A stretch of DNA of 64,000 bases from assembly GCA_027310565.1 (NCBI GenBank), contig DAIDAP010000016.1:25017-89016 (forward strand). Reading direction: 5' to 3'. The notes beneath the pieces were generated by a model. That model did no database searches and was not told the origin of the DNA. It saw nothing but the letters and a program-made list of their open reading frames with translations. The translations under genes were made by a program, and so were the position numbers. This document shows, piece by piece, positions 38,578 to 49,853 of the stretch; within the stretch, counting starts at the first letter, position 1; every line of letters starts with the position of its first letter. Origin of the DNA: Chloroflexota bacterium. GTDB taxonomy: Bacteria > Chloroflexota > Limnocylindria > P2-11E.

Positions 38578-39330
38578 GTGGCGTCCGGGGTCCGCGCGGG
38601 CTACGGCGGCCGCGTCGTCGTCGACGGCTGCGATGTGACGCTCGAGTCGGGCGCGCTCCTCGCGCTGGCCGGGCCGAACGGGGCGGGGAAGTCCACGCTG
38701 CTGCGCGTGCTCGCGGGCCTCCTCCGTCCGACCGCGGGGACCCTGACGGTCGAGGGGCGCGACCTCGGATCGCTCTCCCGCCGAGAGGTCGCGCGCCGGA
38801 TCGCGGTGGTGCCGCAGCTGTTCGACACGCTCTTCCCGTTCAGCGTGCGCGAGGTCGTCGCCCTCGGGCGGACCGCGCGTCTCGGCGCGTTCGGCCGGCT
38901 CGGCGCGGCCGATGCCCAGGCGGTCGATCGCGCGCTCGACGCGCTCGAGCTGCGCCCGCTCGCCGGGCGGCGCATCGACCGCGTCTCGGGCGGCGAGCGC
39001 CAGCGCGCCGTGCTCGCGATGGCGCTCGCGCAGGAGACGGGCGTGCTGCTGCTGGACGAGCCGACGGTGCATCTCGACCCGGCGCACCAGCTCGCCACCG
39101 TCGCGCTCCTGCGGCGGCTCGCGTCCGAGCGCGGGCTCGCGGTGCTCGCGGTGCTGCACGACCTCAACCTCGCCGCGCTCGCCGACCGGGTCGCGGTGCT
39201 GGCGGAGGGGCGCATCGTGCGCGCGGGGCCGCCGCGGGAGGTCATCGAGCCGTGCCTCGTGCGCGAGGTGTTCGGCGCGGGCTGGCGCGTGACGGGCGAC
39301 GGCGAGCGGCCCGTCGTCGCGCCGGCGTGA
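38578..39330 (+). CDS. ABC transporter ATP-binding protein (BtuD/FepC-like)
   Basis: Walker A GPNGAGKST, signature VSGGERQRA, Walker B LLLDEP and the H-loop. GTG start 9 nt after the permease stop. Confidence 0.85.
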   Translation: MASGVRAGYGGRVVVDGCDVTLESGALLALAGPNGAGKSTLLRVLAGLLRPTAGTLTVEGRDLGSLSRREVARRIAVVPQLFDTLFPFSVREVVALGRTARLGAFGRLGAADAQAVDRALDALELRPLAGRRIDRVSGGERQRAVLAMALAQETGVLLLDEPTVHLDPAHQLATVALLRRLASERGLAVLAVLHDLNLAALADRVAVLAEGRIVRAGPPREVIEPCLVREVFGAGWRVTGDGERPVVAPA

Positions 39331-39343
39331 GCGTGGGCGGCGG

Positions 39344-40141
39344 TCAGCCCGCGCTGATCTCCACCGGCGCGCTCCAGCCCCAGTCCCACTGCGCGAGCTC
39401 GTCGACGAGCGCGTGGTTCGTGAGGTCGAGCGAGATCGGCGTCACGCTGATCTTCCCGGCGCGCAGCGCCGCGACGTCGGTGCCCTCCTCGGCGTCCTCG
39501 CTCACCGCCGGGCCGCCCACCCAGTAGTACGGATTGCCGTACGGGTCGAGCCGCTCGATGAGCTGGTCGCGGTAGCTGCGCTTGCCCAGACGCGTGACCT
39601 CCACGCCGGCGATCTGATCGCGCGGCAGCGCGGGGACGTTCACGTTGAGCAGCGAGTCGGGGACGAAGCCGCGCTCGAGGATGTTCCGCGCGAGCAGCGC
39701 CGCGAACGACGCGGCCGGCCCGAAGTCGAGGTCGGCGCCGAACGCCCCGATCGAGATCGCGACCGACGGGATGTTCGAGAGCAGGCCCTCCATCGCCGCC
39801 GCGACGGTGCCCGAGTAGGTGATGTCGTCGCCCATGTTCGCGCCGCGGTTGATGCCGCTCACGATGAGATCGGGCCTGTGCCGCAGGAACCCGAGCACGG
39901 CGAGACGGACGCAGTCGGTGGGCGAGCCGTCGGTCATGTACGCGGGGTGGCCGGTGCCGCGCAGCTTCGTGGAGCGCACACGCAGCGGCCGGAACAGCGT
40001 GATGCTGTGGCTCGCACCGCTCCAGTTCCGCTCCGGCGCGATGACGTCGACGTCGCCCACCGCCGAGAGCGCGTCGGCCAGCGGGGCGAGCGCATCGGAC
40101 TCGATGCCGTCGTCGTTGGTGATGAGGATGTGCCGCGTCAT
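39344..40141 (-). CDS. surE: 5'/3'-nucleotidase SurE
   Basis: 265 aa with ILITNDDGIESDAL, SGINRGANMG and the SurE fold. ATG shares 1 nt with the upstream stop. Confidence 0.85.
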   Translation of the reverse strand: MTRHILITNDDGIESDALAPLADALSAVGDVDVIAPERNWSGASHSITLFRPLRVRSTKLRGTGHPAYMTDGSPTDCVRLAVLGFLRHRPDLIVSGINRGANMGDDITYSGTVAAAMEGLLSNIPSVAISIGAFGADLDFGPAASFAALLARNILERGFVPDSLLNVNVPALPRDQIAGVEVTRLGKRSYRDQLIERLDPYGNPYYWVGGPAVSEDAEEGTDVAALRAGKISVTPISLDLTNHALVDELAQWDWGWSAPVEISAG

Positions 40142-41241
40142 CAGCTCGCCTCGGTGAGCGCGTCCTCGTCGCGCTCGCGGTCCCCCTCGACCAGCGCGTA
40201 CGCGTAGTGGACGAACGCGTTGATGACTCCGGCGAGGGGCATCGCCAGCACCACGCCCCAGAACCCGGCGAGCCGCGCGCCGAGGAGCAGCGCGAGGAAC
40301 ACGAAGATGGGGTGGATGCCGATGCTGCGCGACAGGATGCGTGGGCCGAGGACGTTGAGGACGATCTGCTGCAGCACGAGGATCGCGACGAACACCCACA
40401 GCAGCCGGTCGCCCGCGCCGACCGCGGCCACCGCCAGGACCGGCACCATCGCGATGATCGGACCGAAGAACGGGATGATCATCGTGAAGCCCGAGAGCGT
40501 GGCGAGCACCGCGGCGAACGGCACGCCGAGCGCCGCGAGGATCACGAAGGTCGCGGCGCCGTAGATCGTGCCCAGCAGCAGCGAGCCGCGGATGAAGCCG
40601 CCGAACGAGCGGTCGGCGCTCTCGCGCAGGAGCTCGGCCTCGCGGCGCCGGGCGCGCGGGAGCGCGCTCGTGAAGCGCCGCCACAGCGCGTCGCCGTCGA
40701 TGAGCATGAGGAAGGCGATGATGAGGACGAGCGTGACGTTGAAGAGCGCGCCCGCCGTCGCCGAGATGACGCCGACGATGTTCGCGGCGTAGGACCCCGC
40801 GATCTCGCCGATGCGGACCGGAAGCTGTCCGTAGAGGTCCGTGATGTCGGCGCGGATGCCCACGGATGCGAGCCGCTGCTGGAGGGCGATGACCGCCTGC
40901 GCGGCGCGGTCGCCGTACTCGGGCGCGCGGGTCGCGAGGTCCGTGAGCTGCTGCGACAGCGCGGGCACGAGCAGCGCGCCGCCGGCCGCGAGCACGATGG
41001 CGATCCCGATGTAGACGACGATGACCGAGAACGTTCGGTTCAGCACCGTCGACGCGTCGAGCCACTGCACGAGCGGCGCGAGCAGGTAGGAGAGCGCCCA
41101 GGCGGCGATGAAGATGAGCAGCACGTCCGCGACCGCGCCGATCGCCTGCCATGCCTGCGCGAAGACGAGCGTCGCGAGGTACACGGCCAGCAGCACGGCC
41201 ACGATCCGCAGCAGCCGCAGATCGCTTCGGTCGAGCTTCAT
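40141..41241 (-). CDS. AI-2E family transporter (PerM/UPF0118)
   Basis: 366 aa with about 8 TM helices and the characteristic IPFFGPIIA segment. Confidence 0.8.
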   Translation of the reverse strand: MKLDRSDLRLLRIVAVLLAVYLATLVFAQAWQAIGAVADVLLIFIAAWALSYLLAPLVQWLDASTVLNRTFSVIVVYIGIAIVLAAGGALLVPALSQQLTDLATRAPEYGDRAAQAVIALQQRLASVGIRADITDLYGQLPVRIGEIAGSYAANIVGVISATAGALFNVTLVLIIAFLMLIDGDALWRRFTSALPRARRREAELLRESADRSFGGFIRGSLLLGTIYGAATFVILAALGVPFAAVLATLSGFTMIIPFFGPIIAMVPVLAVAAVGAGDRLLWVFVAILVLQQIVLNVLGPRILSRSIGIHPIFVFLALLLGARLAGFWGVVLAMPLAGVINAFVHYAYALVEGDRERDEDALTEAS

Positions 41242-41283
41242 CGCTCGCAATCCTAGTGTCGCTCGGGGGACTACCATCCCGCT

Positions 41284-42336
41284 GTGCCCCTCGCGCCGTC
41301 CCTGATCGAGCGCTACGCCGCGCACCTGCCGATCACCGCGAGGACCCCGCGCATCACGCTGGGCGAGGGCGGAACGCCGCTGCTGCGCGCGCGCTGGCTC
41401 GAGCGCGAGACCGCGATCGACGAGGTGTGGCTCAAGGTGGAGGGGCAGAACCCCACCGGATCGTTCAAGGACCGCGGCATGGTCGTCGCCGTCGCGAAGG
41501 CGGTGGAGGAGGGTGCGCGCGCCGTCCTGTGCGCGTCCACCGGGAACACGGCGGCGTCCGCGGCCGCGTACGCGGCCCGGGCCGGGCTGGCGTGCACGGT
41601 CGTGCTGCCCGCCGGCCAGGTCGCGCTCGGCAAGCTCGCCCAGGCGATCGTCTTCGGCGCGAAGGTCGTCGCCGTGCGGGGCTCGTTCGACGCGGCGCTC
41701 GCGGTCGTGCGCGACCTCGCCGCGTCGGGCGAGGCGACGCTCGTGAACAGCGTGAACCCGCACCGCATCGAGGGGCAGAAGACGGCGGCGTTCGAGGTCT
41801 GCGAGGCGCTCGGCGACGCCCCCGACGCGCTCTTCATCCCCGTCGGCAACGCCGGGAACATCACCGCGTACTGGAAGGGCTTCGTCGAGGCCGCCGCCGC
41901 CGGCCTGTCGCGGAGCCGGCCGAAGCTGTACGGCTTCCAGGCGGAGGGCGCCGCGCCGATCGTGCGCGGCGCGCCCGTGGAGGAGCCGCGGACGGTCGCG
42001 ACGGCGATCCGCATCGGCAATCCCGCGTCCTGGCGGAGCGCGGTGCGCGCGCGCGACGAGTCCGGCGGCGCGATCGAGGCGGTCGGCGACGACGAGATCC
42101 TCGCGGCGTACCGCGACCTGGCGCGACGCGAGGGCGTCTTCTGCGAGCCCGCGAGCGCGGCGTCCGTCGCGGGCCTGCGCAAGCGCGCGGCCGCGGGCGG
42201 CGCGCGCGGTCCGCGCCGGGTCGTCTGCGTGCTCACCGGCAACGGTCTGAAGGATCCGGACAGCGCGCGTGCGGCCGCGGGCGGGCTGGTGGAGGTGGAG
42301 GCGACGGCGGAGGCAGTGCTCGCCGCGACCCGATGA
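41284..42336 (+). CDS. thrC: Threonine synthase
   Basis: 350 aa with a PLP-dependent fold and FKDRGM (PLP Lys). GTG start. Confidence 0.85.
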   Translation: MPLAPSLIERYAAHLPITARTPRITLGEGGTPLLRARWLERETAIDEVWLKVEGQNPTGSFKDRGMVVAVAKAVEEGARAVLCASTGNTAASAAAYAARAGLACTVVLPAGQVALGKLAQAIVFGAKVVAVRGSFDAALAVVRDLAASGEATLVNSVNPHRIEGQKTAAFEVCEALGDAPDALFIPVGNAGNITAYWKGFVEAAAAGLSRSRPKLYGFQAEGAAPIVRGAPVEEPRTVATAIRIGNPASWRSAVRARDESGGAIEAVGDDEILAAYRDLARREGVFCEPASAASVAGLRKRAAAGGARGPRRVVCVLTGNGLKDPDSARAAAGGLVEVEATAEAVLAATR

Positions 42337-43223
42337 CGCTGCGCGTCCGCGTCCCGGCGACGAGCGCGAACCTCGGTCCGGGCTTCGACGCGTTCGCGGT
42401 CGCGCTCCCGCTGCTCGCGGAGTTCGAGCTCCGGCCCGCGCGCGCCTGGAAGGTCGACGCCGCCGACGGCGTCCCGGACGGCGAGGACAACCTCCTCGTC
42501 GTCGCGGCGCGCGCGGTCGCGCGCGCGGCGGGGGCGGAGCTGGCGGCCCAGCACGTCGAGCAGCGCTCCGCGATCCCGCTCGCGCGCGGGCTCGGCTCGA
42601 GCGCGGCGGCGATCGTCGGCGGCGCCGTCGCGGCGAACGCGCTCCTCGGCGAGCCGCTCGATCGGCGGTCGCTGCTGCGTGTCGCCTCCGAGGTCGAGGG
42701 TCACTCCGACAACGTCGCCGCCGCGCTGTACGGCGGATTCACCATCGCGCTGCCGGACGAGGCGGGACCGGTCGCCGCGCGCATCGCGTTCCCCGCCGAC
42801 TGGCGTGCCTGCCTGTTCATCCCCGGCGAGCCGCTCGAGACGGCGAAGGCCCGCGGCGTCCTCGCGGCGGAGGTGTCGCGGGACGACGCCGTCTTCAATC
42901 TCGCGCACGCCGCGGCGCTCGTCGCCGCGATCATGCGCGCGGATGGCGCGCTGCTGTCCCTCGCGATGGCCGACCGGCTGCATCAGCCCGCGCGGACGCG
43001 GCTGGTGCCGGCGCTCGGGGAGATCATCGGCGCGGCCCGCGACGCCGGCGCGTTCGGCGCGGCGCTGTCCGGTGCGGGGCCCAGCGTGCTCGCGGTCGCG
43101 CCCGCGCGTCTCGCCGCGCGCGTCGTCTCGGCGATGGAGGAGACCGCGGCCGCGCACGGCGTCGGCGGGCGCGGCCGCGCGCTCCGCGTGCGCGCCGCCG
43201 GCGCGCAGGCCGTCAAGGCTTAG
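42333..43223 (+). CDS. thrB: Homoserine kinase
   Basis: GHMP kinase motif [15 protein letters not shown] overlaps the thrC stop (ATGA). Confidence 0.85.
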   Translation: MTLRVRVPATSANLGPGFDAFAVALPLLAEFELRPARAWKVDAADGVPDGEDNLLVVAARAVARAAGAELAAQHVEQRSAIPLARGLGSSAAAIVGGAVAANALLGEPLDRRSLLRVASEVEGHSDNVAAALYGGFTIALPDEAGPVAARIAFPADWRACLFIPGEPLETAKARGVLAAEVSRDDAVFNLAHAAALVAAIMRADGALLSLAMADRLHQPARTRLVPALGEIIGAARDAGAFGAALSGAGPSVLAVAPARLAARVVSAMEETAAAHGVGGRGRALRVRAAGAQAVKA

Positions 43224-43237
43224 TACCGTTGAGCGTG

Positions 43238-43735
43238 ATGCGGCGCACGGCCCTCGTGCTCGCGGTCCTGCTCGCCGCGTGCGGCGAGGTCGCCGCACCG
43301 CGGCCCACGCCGACCGCGACCGCCGCCACCACGACGGCGCCCGCCACGCCGACCCGATCGGCGACGCCCTCGCCCTCGCCGTCGCCCTCGCCGTCGCCGT
43401 CGCCCACCGGCCTCTCCTCGGCGAAGGGCTTCATCACCGTGGCGAAGCCGCTGCCGAACACGCGCCTGGTCTCGCCGGTCCAGATCGCCGGCACGGCGAT
43501 GGTCGTCGAGGGGACGCTCGAGTGGCGCATCGTCGACAGCGCCGGCCGCGTGATCGCCGAGGGGTACACGACCGCGAGCGCGGGCGCGCCCGCGCGCGGC
43601 GACTACAGCGTCACCGCGACGTTCACCCAGCCGTCCGCCGACACCTACGCGACGGTGGAGGTCTACGACCGCAGCCCGCGCGACGGGAAGGTGGACGAGA
43701 TCGTGCGCGTCCCGGTCATCCTGCCCGCGAAGTAG
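43238..43735 (+). CDS. Lipoprotein with Pro/Ser/Thr linker and Gmad2-like immunoglobulin domain
   Basis: Signal plus lipobox LLAAC, (PS)n linker, then a beta-rich domain (VQIAGTAMVVEGTLEWRIVD...YATVEVYD). Confidence 0.6.
   Translation: MRRTALVLAVLLAACGEVAAPRPTPTATAATTTAPATPTRSATPSPSPSPSPSPSPTGLSSAKGFITVAKPLPNTRLVSPVQIAGTAMVVEGTLEWRIVDSAGRVIAEGYTTASAGAPARGDYSVTATFTQPSADTYATVEVYDRSPRDGKVDEIVRVPVILPAK
43371..43409 (+). repeat. Hexanucleotide tandem repeat (CCCTCG/CCGTCG) x about 6 encoding PSPSPSPSPSPSP
   Basis: Direct repeat visible in the sequence, within the lipoprotein linker. Confidence 0.5.
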
Positions 43736-44503
43736 GTGCCACGGCTCCGCCTCCTCGCGCACCCGGCGGTCCGCAGCGCCGTGTCCCTCGAGATCGGGCA
43801 CCAGATCGAGTACCACGAGCTGATCGACTCGACGCAGGACCGCGCGCGCGAGCTCGCCGGCCGCGGTTTCGACGGGATCGTCGTCGCGGACGAGCAGCGC
43901 TCCGGCCGGGGGACGCACGGACGCGCGTGGCAGGCGGCGAAGGGGACGAGCCTGCTCGCGTCGTGGGTGCTGCGTCCCGCACCCGCCGCTCCGGCGCTCG
44001 TCGCGGCACTGTCGGGCGTGGCGATCGCGCGCGCGCTCGCGAGCCTCGGTGTCGAGGGGGCGTCTCTAAAATGGCCCAACGACGTGCAGCTCGAGGGGAG
44101 GAAGGTGGCGGGCGCGCTCGCTCACGGCACGTCGGACGGCAGCGGCGGCGTGCTCGTCCTGGGCATCGGCATCAACGTCCACCAGCGGCCCGGTGACTTC
44201 CCGGTCGAGCTGCGCGACAGCGCGGCCTCGCTGGCCGTCGCCGGCCGCGACGTCGATCGGCTCGCGCTCCTCGCGCGCCTGTGCGGCGAGCTGCGCGGGC
44301 TGGGCGACGCCCACGCATGGTCGGCCGCGCTCGCCGAATGGCGCGAGCGCTCGACCCTCCTCGGCCGCGGCGTGCGCGTGACGCTGCCGGGCGGCGGGGT
44401 CGTCGAGGGGACCGCGACGGCGATCGACGACGACGGCGCGCTCCTCGTCCACACGCCGTCCGGCATCGAGCGCATCGTGACCGGCCGGGTCGAGCCGGCA
44501 TGA
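43736..44503 (+). CDS. birA: Biotin--[acetyl-CoA-carboxylase] ligase
   Basis: 255 aa with GRGRHGRAW and KWPNDV motifs and a BPL C-terminal domain. No N-terminal HTH domain is visible (group I BirA). Confidence 0.8.
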   Translation: MPRLRLLAHPAVRSAVSLEIGHQIEYHELIDSTQDRARELAGRGFDGIVVADEQRSGRGTHGRAWQAAKGTSLLASWVLRPAPAAPALVAALSGVAIARALASLGVEGASLKWPNDVQLEGRKVAGALAHGTSDGSGGVLVLGIGINVHQRPGDFPVELRDSAASLAVAGRDVDRLALLARLCGELRGLGDAHAWSAALAEWRERSTLLGRGVRVTLPGGGVVEGTATAIDDDGALLVHTPSGIERIVTGRVEPA

Positions 44504-44507
44504 CCGG

Positions 44508-45422
44508 ATGCGACGGCCCGCGGCCCGTCGGCCCGTGAGCGAGCGCTTCGCGATCGTCGTCGACGGGACGGCCTGCCTCACCCCGGAGCTGGAGCGCGAG
44601 CTCGACGTTCGGTGGCTGCCGCTGCACGTCGACATCGGCGGCGACACGTACACCGCGGGCGTCGATCTCACGCCCGACGAGTTCTACGCCAAGATCGCCG
44701 CGCCGGGCGTGCTCACCGGCACCTCGCAGCCCTCCATGGGCGAGTGCCGCGACGTGTACGACGTCATCGCCGGCGAGGGGACGACGAAGATCCTCGTCCT
44801 CACGATCGCAACGGAGCTGTCGGGCACGTACTCCGTGGCGAGCACGACGGCGCAGGCGATGCCCGGGACGCGCATCGAGGTCGTCGACAGCCGCTCGCTC
44901 GCCGGCGGGATCTCGCTCATCGCGACCGCCGCCGGCCGGCTGCGGCGCGACGGCGGTTCGTTCGACGACGCCGTCGCGCTCGCGCGGCGGATGGCCGGCG
45001 GCATCTCCATCCTCGCCGTCGCCGACACCCTCGAGTACCTGAGGCGCTCTGGACGCGTCTCGGGCGCCGCGGCGCTGTTCGGGTCGATGCTGCGGGTGAA
45101 GCCGATCCTCGAGGTGGCGAACGGCCTCGTGTACCCGATCGACAGGGTGCGCACGCGCGAGAAGGCCGTCGCGCGGATGAAGGAGATCATCGCCCAGCGC
45201 ATCCCCGCCGGTGCGCGCATCTACGCGTGCACGCTCCACACGAACGAGCCGGCGCGCGCCCGCGCGCTGGGGGAGTGGGCGCAGGAGCGTTACCACTGCG
45301 TCGAGCACTGGGTCGCCGAGGCCGGCCCGGTCATCGGCGCTCGCGCCGGTCCGGGTGTCGTCGGCCTGTGCTGGTACCGTGACGGTGACGAGGAGGCGAG
45401 ATTGGCGGCGAAGCCGGCATGA
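44508..45422 (+). CDS. DegV-family fatty-acid-binding protein
   Basis: 304 aa with the DegV fold (FAIVVDGTACLTPEL..., SGTYSVA). Confidence 0.8.
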   Translation: MRRPAARRPVSERFAIVVDGTACLTPELERELDVRWLPLHVDIGGDTYTAGVDLTPDEFYAKIAAPGVLTGTSQPSMGECRDVYDVIAGEGTTKILVLTIATELSGTYSVASTTAQAMPGTRIEVVDSRSLAGGISLIATAAGRLRRDGGSFDDAVALARRMAGGISILAVADTLEYLRRSGRVSGAAALFGSMLRVKPILEVANGLVYPIDRVRTREKAVARMKEIIAQRIPAGARIYACTLHTNEPARARALGEWAQERYHCVEHWVAEAGPVIGARAGPGVVGLCWYRDGDEEARLAAKPA

Positions 45423-46257
45423 GGCTGCGGATGCCCTTCGGGCGCAGGCCGAAGGAGTTCCCAGACCACCTGTGGACGCAGTGCCCGTCCTGCGGCGAGA
45501 TGCTCTTCAACAAGCAGCTCGCGCGCAACCTGTACGTCTGCACGAAGTGCGGTCATCACTTCCGCATGGGCGCGCGCGAGCGCATCGAGCTGCTCGTCGA
45601 CCGGGGCAGCTTCGCCGAGCATGACGCGGCCCTCACCTCGGGGGATCCGCTGGGGTTCGTCGACAGCAAGCCCTATCCCGAGCGGATCGCCGCGGCGCAG
45701 GCGAAGAGCGGCGAGCGCGACGCGGTCATCGCCGGCGCGGCCACGATCGCCGACAGCCCGGTAGAGCTCGTCGTCATGGACTTCGACTTCATGGGCGGCT
45801 CGATGGGCAGTGTCGTCGGCGAGAAGATCACGCGCGCCGCGGAGCGCGCGCTCGCGGAGCGGCGCGCGCTCGTGATCGTCTCGGCCTCGGGCGGCGCGCG
45901 GATGCAGGAGGGCACGATCGCGCTCATGCAGATGGCGAAGATCGTCGCGGCCCTCGCGCGCCTCGACGAGGCCGGTCTGCCGTTCGTGAGCATCCTCACC
46001 GATCCCACGACCGGTGGCGTGCTCGCCTCCTATGCCTCGCTGGGCGATCTCATCCTCGCCGAGCCCGGCGCGCTCATCCGCTTCTCCGGCGAGCGCGTCA
46101 CGAGCGGCACCGTCGGCGAGAAGCTGCCGGTCGGCTTCGGCAAGGCCGAGTTCCTGCTCGAGAAGGGCTTCCTCGACCTCATCGTCCCGCGCGCGCAGCT
46201 GCGCGATCGTCTCGCGTTCCTGCTCGGCGCGTTCCGCGCGGACGCGCGCGACGTGCG

Positions 46258-46270
<13 letters not shown>
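45419..46270 (+). CDS. accD: Acetyl-CoA carboxylase carboxyltransferase beta subunit
   Basis: N-terminal Zn ribbon CPSCGEM...CTKCGHH and carboxyltransferase domain MDFDFMGGSMG. ATG overlaps the DegV stop. Confidence 0.9.
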
Positions 46271-47231
<961 letters not shown>

Positions 47232-47235
<4 letters not shown>

Positions 47236-47672
47236 GCGAGCCGGATCACGTCCTGGGGCTGCTCGACGACCTCGTGCGTCTCGCGACGCGGCACCGCGCG
47301 CGCATCGAGGTGGAGGGCGATGGCTTCGCGGCCGCGGTCACGCCGCTCGCCTCCGGCCTCGCCACGGCCGAGATCTCGCACGAGCAGGCCGCGGCGGGCA
47401 CGGACGCCGCGTCGACGACGCCCAGGACGCAGCGCGTGCACGCGACGACGGTCGGCATCTTCAGCGCGCCGACGACGTGGAACGTCGGCGACGCGGTGAA
47501 GCGCGGCGACGTCCTCGGCGGCGTGCAGAGCCTCGGCCACGTCTCGGACGTGAAGGCGCCGGCGGACGGCAGCATCCAGGAGGTGCTCGTCACCGCCGGC
47601 GCTCCCGTGGAGTACGGTCAGCCGCTCTTCGTGATCGCGGTGAGCGAGGACCGGCGACCGTCACCGTCCTGA
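47232..47672 (+). CDS. Biotin/lipoyl-attachment-domain protein lacking the biotinyl-lysine (BADC-like BCCP paralog)
   Basis: C-terminal biotinyl-domain fold (GIFSAP...GDVLGGVQSLGHVSDVKAPADGSIQEVLV...GQPLFVI). The canonical EAMKM motif is replaced by QSLGH. GTG start overlaps the accA stop. Confidence 0.6.
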
Positions 47673-47755
47673 CGCTTTACTACGGGAGCGCTCCCGGCGC
47701 ATCATTCGGCGCCATATCCGCGCCGCGGGACGCGGCGCGCAGGGAGGAGCTCGGT

Positions 47756-48535
47756 ATGCGGCGCGTTCTCACGGTCGGCCTCGCGACGGTCCTGCTGCTC
47801 GTCGCCGGCGCGACGCCGGCCTTCGCGGCCCACTCCTGGGGCGGCTATCACTGGGCACGCACGGCGAATCCGTTCACGCTCAAGCTCGGCGACAACGTCT
47901 CCGGTCTCTGGGACTCGATGCTCGTCACCGCGTCGAGCGATTGGTCGCGGTCGACGGTGCTGGACACGACGGTCGTGGCCGGCGGCACGAGCCCGCGCTC
48001 GTGCCGTCCGACGAGCGGCCGCGTCGAGGTCTGCAGCGCCCGCTACGGCAACACCGGGTGGCTCGGGCTGGCGCAGATCTGGATCACCGGCGGCGTCCAC
48101 ATCACCCAGGGCGTGGTGAAGAACAACGACTACTACTTCGGCGGCTCGACGTACCAGTACAACAACACGGCCGAGATGCAGCACGTCATCTGCCAGGAGG
48201 TCGGACACACCTTCGGACTGGACCATCAGAGCACGAGCGGCGCGTCGCTCGGCACCTGCATGGACTATTACAAGAACACCAGCGCGTCCGACACGCAGAG
48301 CACGTCGCCGAACCAGCACGACTACGACGAGCTCGCCGCGATCTACGCGCACCTCGACGGCTCGACCACGATCCGCGCCGCGCCGAGTGGCGCGGCGCCG
48401 ATCCGGACCCCCGGCGCGGACGCGAACGGCACGCCGATCGGCGCCTCGGCGGCGCGCGGCAGCTGGTACCTGCAGGACCTCGGCGGCGGGAGCTTCCTGC
48501 TCACGCACGTCTACTGGGCGCCGGGCGCGAGCTGA
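47756..48535 (+). CDS. Secreted metzincin-like zinc metallopeptidase homolog with QExxHxxGxxH motif
   Basis: Signal peptide LLLVAGATPAFAAHS. VICQEVGHTFGLDH aligns to the metzincin motif HExxHxxGxxH with the first His replaced by Gln, and a Met-turn-like CMDYY follows. AGGGAGGAG Shine-Dalgarno sequence. Confidence 0.55.
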   Translation: MRRVLTVGLATVLLLVAGATPAFAAHSWGGYHWARTANPFTLKLGDNVSGLWDSMLVTASSDWSRSTVLDTTVVAGGTSPRSCRPTSGRVEVCSARYGNTGWLGLAQIWITGGVHITQGVVKNNDYYFGGSTYQYNNTAEMQHVICQEVGHTFGLDHQSTSGASLGTCMDYYKNTSASDTQSTSPNQHDYDELAAIYAHLDGSTTIRAAPSGAAPIRTPGADANGTPIGASAARGSWYLQDLGGGSFLLTHVYWAPGAS

Positions 48536-48554
48536 CCGCGCGGCGGCGGACCGT

Positions 48555-48824
48555 TCACGAGAGGGCTCCCGCGAGGGGGCCCTCTCGCGCTCCTGCGAGG
48601 ACGCGGTCCCGGGGCGCGCGGGCTCGGGCGGCGGCGCGGTCTTCGCGCAGGATCGCCTCGCGCCGCGTCTTCACCCGCCGCGGTCCGCGGTTCATCCACG
48701 ACGACACGGCCGCGCCGGCGAGCGCGCCCGCGCCGACCACCGCGAACGCGGCGGCGGGTGTGGTCATGTGGACGCCGATCTGCGGGATCACCGCGAGGTC
48801 CGCGGCGAGCATGCCGCTCACCAT
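48555..48824 (-). CDS. Hypothetical small membrane protein (about 89 aa)
   Basis: One hydrophobic helix followed by a basic tail. Lies between the convergent metalloprotease and fabD genes. May be spurious. Confidence 0.25.
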   Translation of the reverse strand: MVSGMLAADLAVIPQIGVHMTTPAAAFAVVGAGALAGAAVSSWMNRGPRRVKTRREAILREDRAAARARAPRDRVLAGAREGPLAGALS

Positions 48825-48929
48825 GGCCCCGGCGACGCATTCGGGCCATGGACCGTCGGCGAGCGTGATGACGCGCTCGCTCTCGCGACGGGGACGGTTT
48901 CCTCCGCGCTCTCGTAGACTGCGCCGTCC

Positions 48930-49853
48930 ATGGGGAGCGTCGCCTGGCTCTTCCCCGGCCAGGGCTCGCAGGCCGTCGGCATGGGGCGTGAGCTCGCGGA
49001 GCGATACGCGTCGGCGATGCGCGTCTTCGACGAGGCGTCGTCGGCGCTCGGCCTCGACCTGAAGCGTCTCTGCTGGGAGGGGCCGCAAGCCGATCTCGAT
49101 CGGACCGCGAACACGCAGCCGGCGCTCCTCGCCGCGTCGATCGCGTCGCTGCGCGCGGCGGAGGAGGAGGGCGGCCCGCTCGCCGAGCCCGTCGTCGTCC
49201 TCGGGCATTCGCTCGGCGAGTTCAGCGCGCTCGTCGCCGCGGGCGCGCTCGCGCTGGCCGACGCGGTGCGGCTGGTGCGCCGTCGCGGCGCGCTCATGCA
49301 GGAGGCCGACCCGGCCGGCGGGATGCTCGCGGTCATCGGCCTCGACGCCGACGCGATCGCGCGCGCGATCGAGCCCACGCGCATGGTCGTCGCGAACGAC
49401 AACGCGCCGGGGCAGGTCGTGATCAGCGGACCGCGCGACGACTTCGAGCGCGCCGCGGACGCGCTCAGGGCCGCCGGCGCGAAGCGCGTGATCCCGCTGC
49501 GCACGTCCGCGGCGTTCCACTCGCCGGCGATGCGCGCCGTCGCCCCGGACCTGCGCCGCGCGCTCGACGCCGCGGGCTGGCGGGCGCTCCGGTACCGGGT
49601 CATCGCGAACGTCGACGCCGAGGTGCATGAAGATGCGGCCGATTTCCCGGAATCGCTGGAGAGGCAGGTGTGGTCTCCGGTACGATGGGTTGCCTCGATG
49701 CGGCGCGCGGAAGGGGAGGGCGCGACCGGCTTCGTCGAGTTCGGCCCCGGCGGCGTCCTGACCGGGCTCGCGCGGCGCATCCTCGCGGAGCCGAGGGTGG
49801 CGAACGTGTCCGACGTAGCGACGTTGAAGGAGGCGCTTCCTGTCCTTCGATAA
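48930..49853 (+). CDS. fabD: Malonyl-CoA:ACP transacylase
   Basis: GQGSQ and GHSLGE motifs. 307 aa. Confidence 0.9.
   Translation: MGSVAWLFPGQGSQAVGMGRELAERYASAMRVFDEASSALGLDLKRLCWEGPQADLDRTANTQPALLAASIASLRAAEEEGGPLAEPVVVLGHSLGEFSALVAAGALALADAVRLVRRRGALMQEADPAGGMLAVIGLDADAIARAIEPTRMVVANDNAPGQVVISGPRDDFERAADALRAAGAKRVIPLRTSAAFHSPAMRAVAPDLRRALDAAGWRALRYRVIANVDAEVHEDAADFPESLERQVWSPVRWVASMRRAEGEGATGFVEFGPGGVLTGLARRILAEPRVANVSDVATLKEALPVLR

Noticed and set aside
40141-41763. 540-aa minus ORF (and the 39344..41152 602-aa ORF) spanning the surE/AI-2E region
   Set aside because: Only the C-terminal portions in the correct frames are real genes (surE from ATG 40141, AI-2E from ATG 41241). The upstream parts are spurious in-frame extensions or out-of-frame overlaps.
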